A DNA stretch of 64,000 bases from Chitinophagales bacterium (GCA_015487695.1 WFPF01000018.1:29419-93418), one strand, 5' to 3'. Numbered from the stretch's first letter, positions 31,169 to 42,387 are shown. Made by a program: numbers and translations. The notes: generated by a model not told the origin, from the sequence alone.

Positions 31169-31690
31169 AGTGTTTCGAAGCAGCATAGCCGGATCATACT
31201 CATACATAAACTCTTTTTCCTGGGAATAGCCGAAGCAGGCTCGGGGAAAATACATGCGCAACTCTTCCATCAGCTCATTGGCTTCGCGGGTTCGGCAGTA
31301 TAGCTGCTGATTCTCCCCGTTGAGGAGGTGGAAATAAAGGCGGGTGCTGTCAAAGAGCTTGATGCCAAATGGCATCGTTTGCATTATATAGGGGTAAATC
31401 CAGACGACCTGCTCCCGGCCGTGATCGAGCAAACCTGTAATGCCCGCCTGCCGAAAGGGAAAAACCCGAAGGGCATAGGCGAGCAGCAGCAAAGCCGTCA
31501 GCATGAATACAACACCGCAGAAAAACCAGAAAACAGCTGCTTCGATGCGGTAAAGGAGGGGATATGCCGAGAGGCTAAGCCCGGTAAGAAAGAGAAAGGC
31601 TGCCCAAAACAAACGATAGTTCCTGTTGCGCTTTTCAATGCTCGCGATCACTTGCCTGATATCCCGGTCCATGCCTATAAAATTACGCAT
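31154..31690 (-). CDS. Hypothetical membrane protein (2 TM helices plus soluble C-terminal domain)
   Basis: 178-aa ORF with two clear hydrophobic helices (LFWAAFLFLTGLSLSAYPLL, AAVFWFFCGVVFMLTALLLLAYAL). Fills the only gap between HIT and parE. No family recognised. Its 3' end overlaps the HIT gene's 3' end by 15 nt (convergent). Confidence 0.55.
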   Translation of the reverse strand: MRNFIGMDRDIRQVIASIEKRNRNYRLFWAAFLFLTGLSLSAYPLLYRIEAAVFWFFCGVVFMLTALLLLAYALRVFPFRQAGITGLLDHGREQVVWIYPYIMQTMPFGIKLFDSTRLYFHLLNGENQQLYCRTREANELMEELRMYFPRACFGYSQEKEFMYEYDPAMLLRNTSDKE

Positions 31691-31865
31691 TGCAATGTGA
31701 GTGAAAAATGAACGTTTTTATCATGGCTTACGCTTGTATACACCCTGCCGAAAGATGTTTAAAATTAAATCGCAGGAGATTGCCCCGCACCTTATTTTTA
31801 TCCTTACCCCTGAGGCGGGCTTTGGGCCTTGCGCGCAGGGGCGGAGCAAAATAGAGAGGAAATTT

Positions 31866-33722
31866 ATGGCCAACGGAAATTACACGGAAGAACACATTAA
31901 ATCGCTTGACTGGCGCGAACACATCCGCTTGCGCCCGGGTATGTATATCGGCAAACTGGGAGACGGTTCGGCACCTGAGGATGGAATCTATATTTTGCTG
32001 AAAGAAGTGCTGGATAACGCCATTGACGAGCATATGATGGGTTATGGCAAGGTGATCGAAATCAGCATTGACAATAAGCAGGTGCGGGTGCGCGACTATG
32101 GGCGGGGTATCCCGCTTGGCAAGGTGGTAGAGTGCGTTTCGAAGATCAACACCGGTGGGAAATACGACACGGCCGCCTTTCAAAAATCGGTCGGGCTGAA
32201 TGGCGTGGGTACCAAAGCCGTTAATGCGCTGAGTACGCGTTTTCTGGTCCGCTCTTTCAGAGACGGCAGGGTAAAGGAAGCGGTCTTTGAGCGGGGAATA
32301 CTCGAAAAGGAATACCGGCTGGAGAAAAGTACAGAGCCGGACGGAACCGAGGTGATTTTTATACCCGATGAAAGTATTTTCAGAAAATATCAGTACAACC
32401 CCGATCACCTTGAAAACATGCTCTGGAACTACGCATACCTGAATGCGGGACTCACGATTCGATTCAACGGGCAGAAGTTTCAAAGCAAAAACGGACTTAA
32501 AGACCTCATTAGTGACAAAAGCGATGAAGGTGAACTGCGATATCCCATCATTCACCTGCGTGGAGAAGACATAGAGGTGGCACTCACACATGGCAGCCAC
32601 TACGGAGAGGAATATTACAGTTTTGTCAACGGGCAGAACACCACCCACGGAGGAACGCACCTGGCAGCTTTTAAAGAGGGCATTGTCAAGGTTTGTCGCG
32701 AATTCTACGGGAAAAACTTCGACACCACCGATGTGCGGGCCTCCATCATCGGAGCCATATCGGTGCGAATTCAGGAGCCCGTGTTTGAGTCGCAGACGAA
32801 AACGAAACTGGGATCAACAAGCATGGCACCGGAAGGCCCGCCCCTGCGCAGCTATATTGTCGATTTTCTGAGCAAAGAGCTGGACAACTTCCTGCACCGC
32901 ACTCCGGAGGTGGCGCAGGCTCTGCTCAAACGCATTCAGCAGAGCGAGCGGGAGCGCAAGGAAATGGCAGGTATCAAGAAGCTGGCCAACCAGCGGGCCA
33001 AGAAGGCCAACCTCCACAATAAAAAACTGCGCGATTGCCGGGTGCATCTGAATAATCAGAAGCATGAAAGGCGCCTCGAATCCACCCTCTTCATTACGGA
33101 GGGCGACAGTGCCAGCGGCTCGCTGACCAAGGCCCGCGATGTGCAGACACAGGCTGTGTTTTCTCTTCGGGGCAAGCCGCTCAACAGCTACGGGCTGAGC
33201 AAAAAGATTGTCTATGAGAATGAAGAATTTAACCTCCTGCAACATGCCCTCGGCATCGAAAACGGAATAGATGAGTTGCGCTACAATCAGGTAGTGATTG
33301 CCACGGATGCCGATGTGGACGGCATGCACATACGCCTGCTTCTGCTTACCTTCTTTCTGCAGTTTTATCCTGATCTGGTCAAGAACGGACATCTCTTCAT
33401 TCTGGAAACACCCCTCTTCAGAGTGCGCAACAAGAAGGAAACCTACTATTGCTACAGCGAAGAGGAAAAACGCCAGGCAATGGAGAAGGTGGGCCGCAAA
33501 AGTGCCGAGGTGACGAGGTTCAAAGGGCTCGGTGAGATCAGCCCGGGTGAGTTCAAGCAGTTTATCAGCCACAATATTCGCCTTGAGCCGGTCATTTTGA
33601 AGAAAGACAGTACCGTACCCGATCTGCTGCGATACTTTATGGGGCGAAATACCCCCGAACGCCAGCAGTTTATCATCGAAAGACTTAAAATAGAAAAAGA
33701 CCTGATTGAAGAACCGGCCTGA
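31866..33722 (+). CDS. parE: DNA topoisomerase IV subunit B (type IIA topoisomerase B subunit)
   Basis: [15 protein letters not shown] ATPase motifs (LDNAIDE, GLNGVG), TOPRIM EGDSASG and [11 protein letters not shown]. About 618 aa, directly followed by the A subunit. Homology starts at ATG 31866, not at the GTG at 31701. Confidence 0.85.
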   Translation: MANGNYTEEHIKSLDWREHIRLRPGMYIGKLGDGSAPEDGIYILLKEVLDNAIDEHMMGYGKVIEISIDNKQVRVRDYGRGIPLGKVVECVSKINTGGKYDTAAFQKSVGLNGVGTKAVNALSTRFLVRSFRDGRVKEAVFERGILEKEYRLEKSTEPDGTEVIFIPDESIFRKYQYNPDHLENMLWNYAYLNAGLTIRFNGQKFQSKNGLKDLISDKSDEGELRYPIIHLRGEDIEVALTHGSHYGEEYYSFVNGQNTTHGGTHLAAFKEGIVKVCREFYGKNFDTTDVRASIIGAISVRIQEPVFESQTKTKLGSTSMAPEGPPLRSYIVDFLSKELDNFLHRTPEVAQALLKRIQQSERERKEMAGIKKLANQRAKKANLHNKKLRDCRVHLNNQKHERRLESTLFITEGDSASGSLTKARDVQTQAVFSLRGKPLNSYGLSKKIVYENEEFNLLQHALGIENGIDELRYNQVVIATDADVDGMHIRLLLLTFFLQFYPDLVKNGHLFILETPLFRVRNKKETYYCYSEEEKRQAMEKVGRKSAEVTRFKGLGEISPGEFKQFISHNIRLEPVILKKDSTVPDLLRYFMGRNTPERQQFIIERLKIEKDLIEEPA

Positions 33723-33746
33723 GGTCGCTTGCTGAAGCAATGAACA

Positions 33747-36524
33747 ATGGAAGAGAAAAAGAACGAAATCACGGGATTGAAATCGTCAACGGCCATTGGC
33801 GGTATGTACGAAAACTGGTTTCTTGATTACGCCAGTTATGTAATTCTCGAGCGGGCCGTACCCGCACTATATGACGGGCTGAAACCCGTTCAGCGCAGGA
33901 TCATGCATGCCATGCGCGAAATGGATGACGGGCGTTTCCACAAAGTGGCCAATATCATCGGCCAGACGATGATGTATCATCCGCATGGCGATGCAGCCAT
34001 CGGAGATGCGCTGGTAGCGCTGGGGCAGAAAGAGCTCCTGATCGAAACCCAGGGAAACTGGGGCGATGTGCGGACGGGCGACAGTGCGGCAGCACCCCGT
34101 TATATCGAAGCCAGACTCTCGGCATTTGCCAAAGAGGTGGTCTTCAACCCCGAAATCACGGAATGGCAGCTGGCCTATGACGGGCGAAAAAAAGAACCCC
34201 TGCAACTGCCGGTAAAATTTCCGCTTGTGCTGGCCCAGGGTGCCGAAGGCATTGCCGTGGGACTGGCCACCAAGATCATGCCGCACAATTTCCGGGAGCT
34301 CTGCAAAGCATCCATTGATGTGCTCAATGGCAAAAAGACGAATATTCTCCCCGATTTCCCGACAGGCGGCACAGCCGACTTCAGCCAGTACAATGGCGGG
34401 GAACGTGGCGGCCGCATACGGGTCAGGGCCGATATTGAAGTAAAAGACAAGCGCACCCTTCTTGTCAAAAGTGTACCCTACGGCTCTACTACCTCGGGAC
34501 TGATCGACAGCATCATCAAGGCCAATGACAAGGGCAAGGTGAAGATTAAAAAAGTGACGGACAACACAGCCGAATTTGTAGAGATAGAAATCGAGTTGCC
34601 CCCGAACACATCACCCGACCTTACCATTGATGCGCTCTATGCATTCACCGATTGCGAAGTGTCGATTTCACCGAATACCTGCGTCATTCTGAACGACAAA
34701 CCTGTATTTCTGAATGTGAACGAGCTTTTGCGGATATCTACGGAGCATACCCGCGAGCTGCTGGGCAAAGAGCTTGAGATCAGGAAAAAACAACTGGAAG
34801 AAAAGATTTTTTACTCGTCATTGGAGCGCATCTTCATCGAAGAGCGCATCTACCGGGACATCGAAGAGTGTGAAACCTGGCCCGATGTGATTGCTACCAT
34901 CGACCGCGGACTCGAGCCCTTCAAAAAGCAGCTCTATCGCGAAGTGAGCGAAGAGGATATCGTGAAACTGACCGAAATACGCATCAAACGAATCTCAAAG
35001 TACGATATCTTCAAAGCCGATGAGGCCATGCGCAAGCTGCTCGAAGAACTTGCACAGGTAAAAGAAGACCTCGCTCACCTGACCGATTATACCATTCGCT
35101 ATTTCCGGCATCTGCTCGAGAAATACGGGAAAGGCAAAGAGCGCAAAACGCTAATCAGAAACTTTGAAGACATTGACCGCACGCAGGTGGTGGCTGCCAA
35201 TGCCAAATTATATGTGAATCGAAAAGAAGGATTTATCGGTACCGGTCTGAAAAAGGATGAGTTTGTATCGGAGTGCTCCGATATTGACGATGTGATTGTC
35301 TTCAAGGAAGACGGTACGATGAAGGTCGTCAGGGTGGGTGATAAGATCTTTGTGGGGAAAAATATCATTCACATCGCGGTTTGGCAAAAAGGCGATGAGC
35401 GGACTACGTATAATATGATTTACCGGGATAGCAAGAAAGGAATCAGCTATGTCAAGCGTTTTGCGGTAAAATCGATTACACGCGACAAGGACTACGTACT
35501 CACAGCCGGAAATGAGAAGGACAAGGTGCTTTACTTCACGGCCAATCCCAACGGAGAGGCGGAAATCGTCAATGTATACCTGAGCCAGGGCAGCCGGGCC
35601 AGAAAGAAGATATTTGAATTCGACTTTGCCGGTATCGATATCAAAGGTCGCGGAGCAAAAGGGAATATTCTGACCCGGTATCCGGTACGAAAAATCGAAT
35701 TGAAAGAAAAAGGCAGCTCCACCATCGGAGGATTGAAAATCTGGATTGATATGCATACCGGCAGGCTCAATACCGAAGAGCGTGGCAAGTATCTCGGAGA
35801 GTTTGATACGGGCGACAGCATTCTGGCTGTGTATCGCGATGGCAGCTATGTGCAGACAACTGCGGACCTGGTCAATCGTTTCGACATTGAAAAACTGCTC
35901 TGCATTGATAAATTCAGGGAAGATAGGGTCGTGTCAACGGTATATCTTGACGGTGAACGGGGCAAATATTTCGTGAAGCGCTTCCGGATCGAAACCCGTT
36001 CGCTGGGGCAGAAGTTTACATTTATCAGCGAGCATAAGCGCTCAAAACCGGTGATTGCGTCCCTGGCCGACCGCGTATGGGTTAGCTATGAAGAAATCAG
36101 GGGAAAGGAGAGGTCCGGTGTCAGGAAGGAATTAGAGCTTTCCACTTTTATTGATGTAAAAGGCTGGCGTGCAGTGGGCAATCAGCTGGGCGACCGCAGC
36201 TCGGTCAAAAAGATCAAACTGGAGAAAGAGGAATACCTGGAGGGAAATGCGGATCAGGGCGAAAGCAGGGAGACAGCGGGCAAAGAAAACGAAAATGAAA
36301 TATTTTCTGAGAAGAAAGAGAAACCGGCAGCCCCGGAAGAGATAAACGGAAAGAAAGAGCACAGTGAACTTGTCATTGACTGGGAATTGGAGAAAAAAGA
36401 TGCACGGAAAACGGAAACCCGTATAAAATCAGGAAGCGTGATTGAGTGGGAAATAGAGCCTGCTGAGAAGGAACCGGCAACGGATAAGGAGGAGGACGAA
36501 GCCGGTCAGGCTACTCTGTTCTAG
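33747..36524 (+). CDS. parC: DNA topoisomerase IV subunit A
   Basis: FLDYASYVILERAVPALYDGLKPVQRRIMH, HPHGD and the active-site region AAPRYIEARL. Bacteroidota-style ParC N-terminus rather than GyrA. Ends in a long charged tail. Confidence 0.85.
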   Translation: MEEKKNEITGLKSSTAIGGMYENWFLDYASYVILERAVPALYDGLKPVQRRIMHAMREMDDGRFHKVANIIGQTMMYHPHGDAAIGDALVALGQKELLIETQGNWGDVRTGDSAAAPRYIEARLSAFAKEVVFNPEITEWQLAYDGRKKEPLQLPVKFPLVLAQGAEGIAVGLATKIMPHNFRELCKASIDVLNGKKTNILPDFPTGGTADFSQYNGGERGGRIRVRADIEVKDKRTLLVKSVPYGSTTSGLIDSIIKANDKGKVKIKKVTDNTAEFVEIEIELPPNTSPDLTIDALYAFTDCEVSISPNTCVILNDKPVFLNVNELLRISTEHTRELLGKELEIRKKQLEEKIFYSSLERIFIEERIYRDIEECETWPDVIATIDRGLEPFKKQLYREVSEEDIVKLTEIRIKRISKYDIFKADEAMRKLLEELAQVKEDLAHLTDYTIRYFRHLLEKYGKGKERKTLIRNFEDIDRTQVVAANAKLYVNRKEGFIGTGLKKDEFVSECSDIDDVIVFKEDGTMKVVRVGDKIFVGKNIIHIAVWQKGDERTTYNMIYRDSKKGISYVKRFAVKSITRDKDYVLTAGNEKDKVLYFTANPNGEAEIVNVYLSQGSRARKKIFEFDFAGIDIKGRGAKGNILTRYPVRKIELKEKGSSTIGGLKIWIDMHTGRLNTEERGKYLGEFDTGDSILAVYRDGSYVQTTADLVNRFDIEKLLCIDKFREDRVVSTVYLDGERGKYFVKRFRIETRSLGQKFTFISEHKRSKPVIASLADRVWVSYEEIRGKERSGVRKELELSTFIDVKGWRAVGNQLGDRSSVKKIKLEKEEYLEGNADQGESRETAGKENENEIFSEKKEKPAAPEEINGKKEHSELVIDWELEKKDARKTETRIKSGSVIEWEIEPAEKEPATDKEEDEAGQATLF

Positions 36525-36610
36525 CGCATCCGGTTTGTGCTTAAAAGGAATAGAAGATGGGCTTTTCCTTATTAATTTCTTTAACTTAGCAAGACCCAAA
36601 TCCAATATAT

Positions 36611-38428
36611 GTGAGTGCATTAAACGATGCTTTCCGACTTTTTTTTGCCGATGACAAAAGTACTGTGCTTCTGATAGATGGAGAAAAGCGCATCATTGAT
36701 GTTATAGACAATCAGGGACTTATGAATGGCGTGAAAGCGCCAATTCAGTCGCTGGATCAAGTACAGAACATTATTGGTGGTACACGAAATTTAAAACTTC
36801 TTTCAGGGATACTGGAGGATAAAAAGAGCCCCGGGCCCTTTTCAAGCATTCTTACATTGAACCACCGTCCGGTGCCCCGCTATATCAAAGTGGAATGCCG
36901 GGATATCAATGTACCCGGGCAGGATGTGAGGGTATTGAAATTACAGGAAAAGCATATCCTGGACCTGCTCTCGGAGGCATTTGTTTCGGCTGACGGCCTC
37001 TTTCCTTCACTTATCAATGAAACCGTCACAGGGCTGATTGTGCTCAACTCGGAAGCAAAGCTTATTTATGCCAACCGTTCGGCATTGGAGTTTCTGGAAA
37101 TCAAGGAGGAAGACCTGGGTAAAAAGAGTTTGTGGGATTTCACCCGGGCCACGGATGTGAGCGGAGAAAAAGAGCGGATCGAGCGCTTGCTCAGCGAGAA
37201 TAAGCGCTATGTGCTGGAAAAGGAGTTCAAGGTCGGCAAAGGGAAGACGAAGTGGGGCAAAGTGCAGTGTACGAAGGTAACGTTGCAAGGAGTAGATGAG
37301 TTTATTCATTACTCGGTGACCGATATCTCGGAACTGCGCAATGCCATGGCCATGCTGGAGGAAAAATCCAGTCTTTATACCGACCTGGTAGAGCATGCCC
37401 CGGTGGGCATTGTGGTGCATCAGGGCGGGAAAGTGAAATTTGCCAATCGAGAGGTCATTCGTTCCATGGGCTTCGACTCGGTGGAGGATCTCCTTGAAAA
37501 AAACATCGATGACTTCATCTATAAGGAAGACAAACCCTATGTAAAAGGACGCATCGGGGAGATGCTGGTAAATGACAGGCTGATCCGCCAGACGGAAGAA
37601 AGACTAATCCGGAAAGACGGCAGCATCATGTATGCCATTGGCAGTGCCAACCGGGTAATTTACAACGGAAAGCCTGCCGTACAGGCCATTTTTAGTGACA
37701 TAACGGAGCGGAAGAAAGTGGAGAACGACCGCCTGCGCCTGATGAAACAGCAGGAAAAACACAACAAGGACCTGCAGGAATTTGCCTATGTGGTATCCCA
37801 CAATCTGAGATCACCGGTCTCCTCTATTCTGGGGCTGGTTGACCTGGCCTACACCAAACCCGATGATGCGGGTCTGATACAGGAAGTGCTAAAGCGCCTC
37901 CGGACCACAAGCAAGGAGCTGAATACCGTAATTGAAGATTTAAGCGAAATTCTGGTGGCTCGCAAGAGTGGCAGCAATCCGAAAAGTCCGCTCGACTTTG
38001 AAGAGCTTATCCATCCTGTTCTTACCGTGCTTTCGCGGGAAATTGAAGAAAGTAAGGCTGAGATAACTCACGACTTCAGCAAGGCACCGGAAGTGACGGC
38101 TGTAAAAAGCTATATGAATAATATCTTTTTCAACCTGATACAAAATGCCATCAAGTACAGCAAACCGGGGACAAAACCCCGGATTGAGATCAGGAGTATG
38201 CGCAAAGAAAATACGGTGGTACTAACCATTAAAGACCATGGTATGGGCATAGACATGAAAGCCAGCGACCGGGTTTTCGGATTGTATCAGCGTTTTCATA
38301 CCCACAAAGAGGGCCGGGGCATGGGCCTTTATCTCGTAAAATCCCAGATTGAATCAATGGGTGCAGACATCGATATAAAAAGCGCTGTAGGCCGGGGCAC
38401 CACTTTTACCATCAGCTTCTACGAATAA
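36611..38428 (+). CDS. PAS-domain sensor histidine kinase (no adjacent response regulator)
   Basis: Two PAS-like segments. H-box FAYVVSHNLRSPVSSILG, N-box NLIQNAIKYS, G-boxes DHGMGID and GRGMGLYLV. GTG start at 36611. Confidence 0.85.
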   Translation: MSALNDAFRLFFADDKSTVLLIDGEKRIIDVIDNQGLMNGVKAPIQSLDQVQNIIGGTRNLKLLSGILEDKKSPGPFSSILTLNHRPVPRYIKVECRDINVPGQDVRVLKLQEKHILDLLSEAFVSADGLFPSLINETVTGLIVLNSEAKLIYANRSALEFLEIKEEDLGKKSLWDFTRATDVSGEKERIERLLSENKRYVLEKEFKVGKGKTKWGKVQCTKVTLQGVDEFIHYSVTDISELRNAMAMLEEKSSLYTDLVEHAPVGIVVHQGGKVKFANREVIRSMGFDSVEDLLEKNIDDFIYKEDKPYVKGRIGEMLVNDRLIRQTEERLIRKDGSIMYAIGSANRVIYNGKPAVQAIFSDITERKKVENDRLRLMKQQEKHNKDLQEFAYVVSHNLRSPVSSILGLVDLAYTKPDDAGLIQEVLKRLRTTSKELNTVIEDLSEILVARKSGSNPKSPLDFEELIHPVLTVLSREIEESKAEITHDFSKAPEVTAVKSYMNNIFFNLIQNAIKYSKPGTKPRIEIRSMRKENTVVLTIKDHGMGIDMKASDRVFGLYQRFHTHKEGRGMGLYLVKSQIESMGADIDIKSAVGRGTTFTISFYE

Positions 38429-38435
38429 GCAGTGC

Positions 38436-39800
38436 CTATTTTCTGATAAATTTCACTTCCATTTCAGGAATCTCTATCTCCCAAAGCTGATTGCCTTGTG
38501 CATCCAGATCGACTACTTTGAGCACCCTGCGATGGCGTTCTCCGCTGATACTTAGTTTCATATAGTTCAGCTGATTGCTTAGGGTTCCTTCGACCCGGAG
38601 CGGATTTTCGGCTTCATCTCCTTTGTCAATGGAATAGTAAGGTCTGGATGAGATAGGCGAGGAGGTGATTTCATAAAGCGGGTAAAGGCCGCCTTCCTGA
38701 TATTTCAATACTTCCGAATAGTGACGGTCGCCCGACAGGAAAATGACCCCGTTAATGTGATATTCTTTGATAAAATCAAGGAGTTCCTGCCATTCTTCGG
38801 GGTAATGGCAAAAACATTCTCCGTGTCCTTCTGTGTTGAGCACCTGGCTTCCCGAAACAATAAACTTAAAAGGGGCCCGGGAGCTGGCCAGATTGTCTTT
38901 CAGCCACTGCATTTGTTTTTCACCGAGGTATGTCTTGTTCACCTTCACCCCGCTGCTGTCATGATAAAACTCCGGAGAGCGGTAGCTCCGGTTGTCGAGC
39001 AGGAAGAAAGCACAGTCGCTCCACTCGAAACTGCTGTAGAGGCCCGGATTGTCCGAGCTTCCCATTTTCTGATTGCCCCAGTATTCTTTGAACACACGGC
39101 TCACTTCATCCTTCAGTCTCCAGGCACGGTTGCTGTTGTTCGGGCCGAAGTCATGATCATCGGGCAGGGCAAAGTTGGGCCGGCTGGCCAGCAGTGCGGC
39201 CAGTTCTTTTTGCCTTCTGTCGTGCGAATAGCGGTAGTAAATGCCGTCAAGGGAGCTCCAGTCGGCTTCTCTGAGATACACATTGTCGCCTCCCCAGATC
39301 ATGAAGTCCGAAGGCGTTTTCCCCATGCTTTCCACCAGCCCGAGTCCCTGTCCGTAGGGATCTCCCGGGCGGTCAAATTCCGGATCGTTGACATACATAC
39401 ACGAGCCGAAGAGGAAGGAAAAATCGGGTGCCGGCTCGCGCCATTGCCAGAGGCGGGTGCTGTGAAAAGATTGCTGCTGCCCGCTTTCCACTTTGCTCCC
39501 GTCAAGGAGAATTTCATATTGATAGCGGGTATCCATCTTCAAAGCGCGAAGAACGATCTTGACCGGATTGTAGGGCCGGCCGAGCGGACCCTTGTAGTGC
39601 TGACTGTGCTTCTGTTCCGGATTGTTCTCCGGCCAATAGACGATCTCCACATCTTTCACTTCGGGGCTGACCTCCAGCCATATGAGTTGCTCGTGGTGGG
39701 CGCTATATCCGAGCATAGGTCCCGATATCAGCTTATCCTGGGCCTTGCTGCCCAGCGACAAAACGAGCAGAGACCACATAAAAATCCATTTATTCATCAT
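38436..39800 (-). CDS. Alkaline phosphatase D (PhoD-like) family metallophosphoesterase
   Basis: Signal peptide. Metallophosphatase motifs GGDNVYL, DDHDFGPNN, SGDRHYSE. Confidence 0.65.
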   Translation of the reverse strand: MMNKWIFMWSLLVLSLGSKAQDKLISGPMLGYSAHHEQLIWLEVSPEVKDVEIVYWPENNPEQKHSQHYKGPLGRPYNPVKIVLRALKMDTRYQYEILLDGSKVESGQQQSFHSTRLWQWREPAPDFSFLFGSCMYVNDPEFDRPGDPYGQGLGLVESMGKTPSDFMIWGGDNVYLREADWSSLDGIYYRYSHDRRQKELAALLASRPNFALPDDHDFGPNNSNRAWRLKDEVSRVFKEYWGNQKMGSSDNPGLYSSFEWSDCAFFLLDNRSYRSPEFYHDSSGVKVNKTYLGEKQMQWLKDNLASSRAPFKFIVSGSQVLNTEGHGECFCHYPEEWQELLDFIKEYHINGVIFLSGDRHYSEVLKYQEGGLYPLYEITSSPISSRPYYSIDKGDEAENPLRVEGTLSNQLNYMKLSISGERHRRVLKVVDLDAQGNQLWEIEIPEMEVKFIRK

Positions 39801-39814
39801 ACTGCAATTTAGGG

Positions 39815-41092
39815 TTAATGCGATTTAAGTCCCAAAGATTCTTTTTCAAGCCACGCCCTGTGCTCCGGGTGGGCTATGCGGATCAACTCCCGTATCCGCT
39901 TTTCGATGGATTTCCCATACAAGTTGGCAATGCCGTATTCGGTGACCACATATTGAACATGGGCCCGGGTCGTCACCACCCCGGCTCCGTGTTTGAGGAA
40001 GGGGACAATCCTCGACTCGCCCCTTCTGGTAACCGAAGGCAGTGCAATGATGGGTTTGCCCCCTTCCGAGAGGGAGGCTCCGCGGATAAAGTCCATCTGG
40101 CCACCGACTCCGCTGTACATTCTCGAACCGATGCTGTCGGCACAAACCTGACCGGTAAGATCAATTTCAACGGCACTGTTGATGGCCACCATTTTTGGAT
40201 TCTGACGAATAACGCTGGTGGCATTTACATATTCACAATCCAGCAAAACGACCTCAGGGTTGTCATCCACAAAGTCATATAATTTTTGAGTGCCCATGAC
40301 AAAGGTAGAAACGATCTGTCCATTGTGGATCTTCTTTCGTTTGCCGTTGATCACACCTTTTTCGATCAGCGGGATCACTCCATCGGAAAACATTTCCGTG
40401 TGAATGCCGAGGTTCTTGTGATTTCCGAGGGCCGCCAGCACGGCATTGGGTATGGCACCGATTCCCATTTGGAGGGTGGATCCGTCTTCAATCATACCGG
40501 CTATGTGCCGCCCGATGGCTTTTTCGGTTTCATTCAGGAGTTTGCCTTCCACCGTGGGAATGGGCTCATCATGTTCCACCACACAGTCGATCTTGTCGAT
40601 ATGCAGAAAACCGTCACCGTGCGTTCGCGGTATGTGTTTGTTGATCTGTGCGATGACAATGCTGGCTGATTCAACGGCCGCACGGGTGGCATCGACACTG
40701 GGGCCGAGGGTGCAGTAGCCGTGTTTGTCGGGCGGAGATACGGAGATCAGGGCAATGTCAAGCGGAATGATATTTTTTCTGAAAAGCTGGGGCATTTCGC
40801 TGAGGAAAACGGGAATATAAGACCCGCGTCCTTCGTTGATGGCTTTTCGCACATTGGGGCCGATAAAAAGAGAATTGACGTGAAAGTTCTCTGCATATTC
40901 GGGCAGGGCATAAGGCGCTTCTCCTTCCGTATGCAATTGATAAATATTGACTCCTTTCACCCCGGGCGCGCGGGCGGTCATGGCTTTAATCAGTTGTTGC
41001 GGTGCGGCAGCTACGCTGTGTATATACACGTTATCGCCACTTTTAAGGCGTTGCAGCGCCTGAGCTGCGGTCATTTTGTTCATGATCTGCAA
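39815..41092 (-). CDS. Acetyl-CoA hydrolase/transferase family protein (4-hydroxybutyrate CoA-transferase-like)
   Basis: 425 aa with family-typical LQMGIGAIPNAVL, ...HTEMFSDG... and GSRMYSGVGGQMDFIRGA. Confidence 0.85.
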   Translation of the reverse strand: MQIMNKMTAAQALQRLKSGDNVYIHSVAAAPQQLIKAMTARAPGVKGVNIYQLHTEGEAPYALPEYAENFHVNSLFIGPNVRKAINEGRGSYIPVFLSEMPQLFRKNIIPLDIALISVSPPDKHGYCTLGPSVDATRAAVESASIVIAQINKHIPRTHGDGFLHIDKIDCVVEHDEPIPTVEGKLLNETEKAIGRHIAGMIEDGSTLQMGIGAIPNAVLAALGNHKNLGIHTEMFSDGVIPLIEKGVINGKRKKIHNGQIVSTFVMGTQKLYDFVDDNPEVVLLDCEYVNATSVIRQNPKMVAINSAVEIDLTGQVCADSIGSRMYSGVGGQMDFIRGASLSEGGKPIIALPSVTRRGESRIVPFLKHGAGVVTTRAHVQYVVTEYGIANLYGKSIEKRIRELIRIAHPEHRAWLEKESLGLKSH

Positions 41093-41109
41093 TTTACATA
41101 CGCTTTTAA

Positions 41110-42387
41110 TTAAAGCTGCCTGAATGCATTTTCCAGGTCGGCTATAAGGTCATCCGGATCTTCCACCCCGATAGAAAGGCGCACGAGGCTTTCCGTGATG
41201 CCAAATGCCAGCTTTTCTTCATCGTCAACACCGGCATGGGTCATGGTGGCCGGATGTTCCACCAGGGACTCGGTCGATCCGAGGCTGACCGCCAGGTGGA
41301 AGAGTTCGAGGTGGTTCATAAACTTGAAAGCTTCTTTCTCCCCGCCTTTGATGTCGAAACTGATCATGGCACCGGGCTCATCACACTGCTTTCGATAGAT
41401 ATCTGCTGCCATGCTACCGGGTTCGAGTTCATCGAGATAATGCACCCGCTCGACCTTTGGATGGGCCTTCAGCCAGTGCGCTATAATTCGTGCATTGTGC
41501 AACTGGGTGGTCATTCTGATCTTAAGGGTTTCGAGGCTTCTGAGCAGGAGCCATCCCGTCCATGGGCCGAGGGTGCTGCCCAGCTGGCTGCGCATCACTT
41601 TGATGCGGCCTATCAGTTCGGAAGAGCCGAGAACGGCACCGGCAATTACATCGCTGTGTCCCCCGATGTATTTGGTGGCCGAGTAAATCACCAGATCGGC
41701 ACCCAGCTGAAGGGGATGCTGCCAGAGCGGCCCGAGGAAAGTGTTGTCCACCACGACATACACGGGTTTCTCTTCCGTGCTTAGCTGGCGGGCCAGCTGC
41801 ACACAGCGCCCGATATCAAACAATGCATTGGTCGGGTTGGCAGGTGTCTCAATGTAGATCATCCCCACTTTATCGAGGGCCTCATTCTTTTTCAGAAGAG
41901 CCATCAACTCCTCTTCTTCCATGTTTTCTTTGAAGCCCAGTGCCCGGATTTGAAATTTGGCCATGGTGTGTTTCAGAAAATGATCGGTTCCGCCATATAC
42001 GGGATCGCTGTGGAGGATTACCTGTCCGGGCTGCAGCAATTCCATAAAAGTGGTACTGATGGCAGCCATGCCGCTTTTAAAAACAGCAGCGGCCTCGGCA
42101 CCGTCCCACAGCGTGAGGCGATCTTCCAGAATCTCAAGGTCGGGATTGTTGAGCCTGCTGTATATGAGGCCCGGCTTTTCTCCTTTTTCCGGCTCCCGCT
42201 TTCCCAGGGCCAGTTCGAAAAAAGCTTTGCCGTCTTCCGCTGACTTGAAGACAAATGTGGAAGTTTGAAAAATGGGGCTCTTTATGGCTCCTTCCGACCA
42301 TTCCGGATTGTATCCGTAAGACATCATCAGGGTTTCCGGATGCAGGGCTTTTCCCCCGATTTCTTTCTTTTTAAATGCTTTGGACAT
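41110..42387 (-). CDS. Cys/Met-metabolism PLP-dependent enzyme (cystathionine gamma-synthase / methionine gamma-lyase family)
   Basis: SPIFQTSTF, YSRLNNP, and the PLP-lysine motif YSATKYIGGHSDVIAG. Confidence 0.85.
   Translation of the reverse strand: MSKAFKKKEIGGKALHPETLMMSYGYNPEWSEGAIKSPIFQTSTFVFKSAEDGKAFFELALGKREPEKGEKPGLIYSRLNNPDLEILEDRLTLWDGAEAAAVFKSGMAAISTTFMELLQPGQVILHSDPVYGGTDHFLKHTMAKFQIRALGFKENMEEEELMALLKKNEALDKVGMIYIETPANPTNALFDIGRCVQLARQLSTEEKPVYVVVDNTFLGPLWQHPLQLGADLVIYSATKYIGGHSDVIAGAVLGSSELIGRIKVMRSQLGSTLGPWTGWLLLRSLETLKIRMTTQLHNARIIAHWLKAHPKVERVHYLDELEPGSMAADIYRKQCDEPGAMISFDIKGGEKEAFKFMNHLELFHLAVSLGSTESLVEHPATMTHAGVDDEEKLAFGITESLVRLSIGVEDPDDLIADLENAFRQL

Noticed and set aside
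31701-31865. 55-codon N-terminal extension of parE from a GTG start
   Set aside because: Type IIA B-subunit homology begins at the ATG at 31866 ([16 protein letters not shown]...). The extension covers the divergent promoter spacer and has no conserved character. Similar over-extensions were trimmed for icd (48845-48937), purB (51918-41), DUF3467 (6003-59), the acyltransferase (9413-90), E2 (28504-30), the asparaginase-like gene (56130-71) and topA (61034-90).
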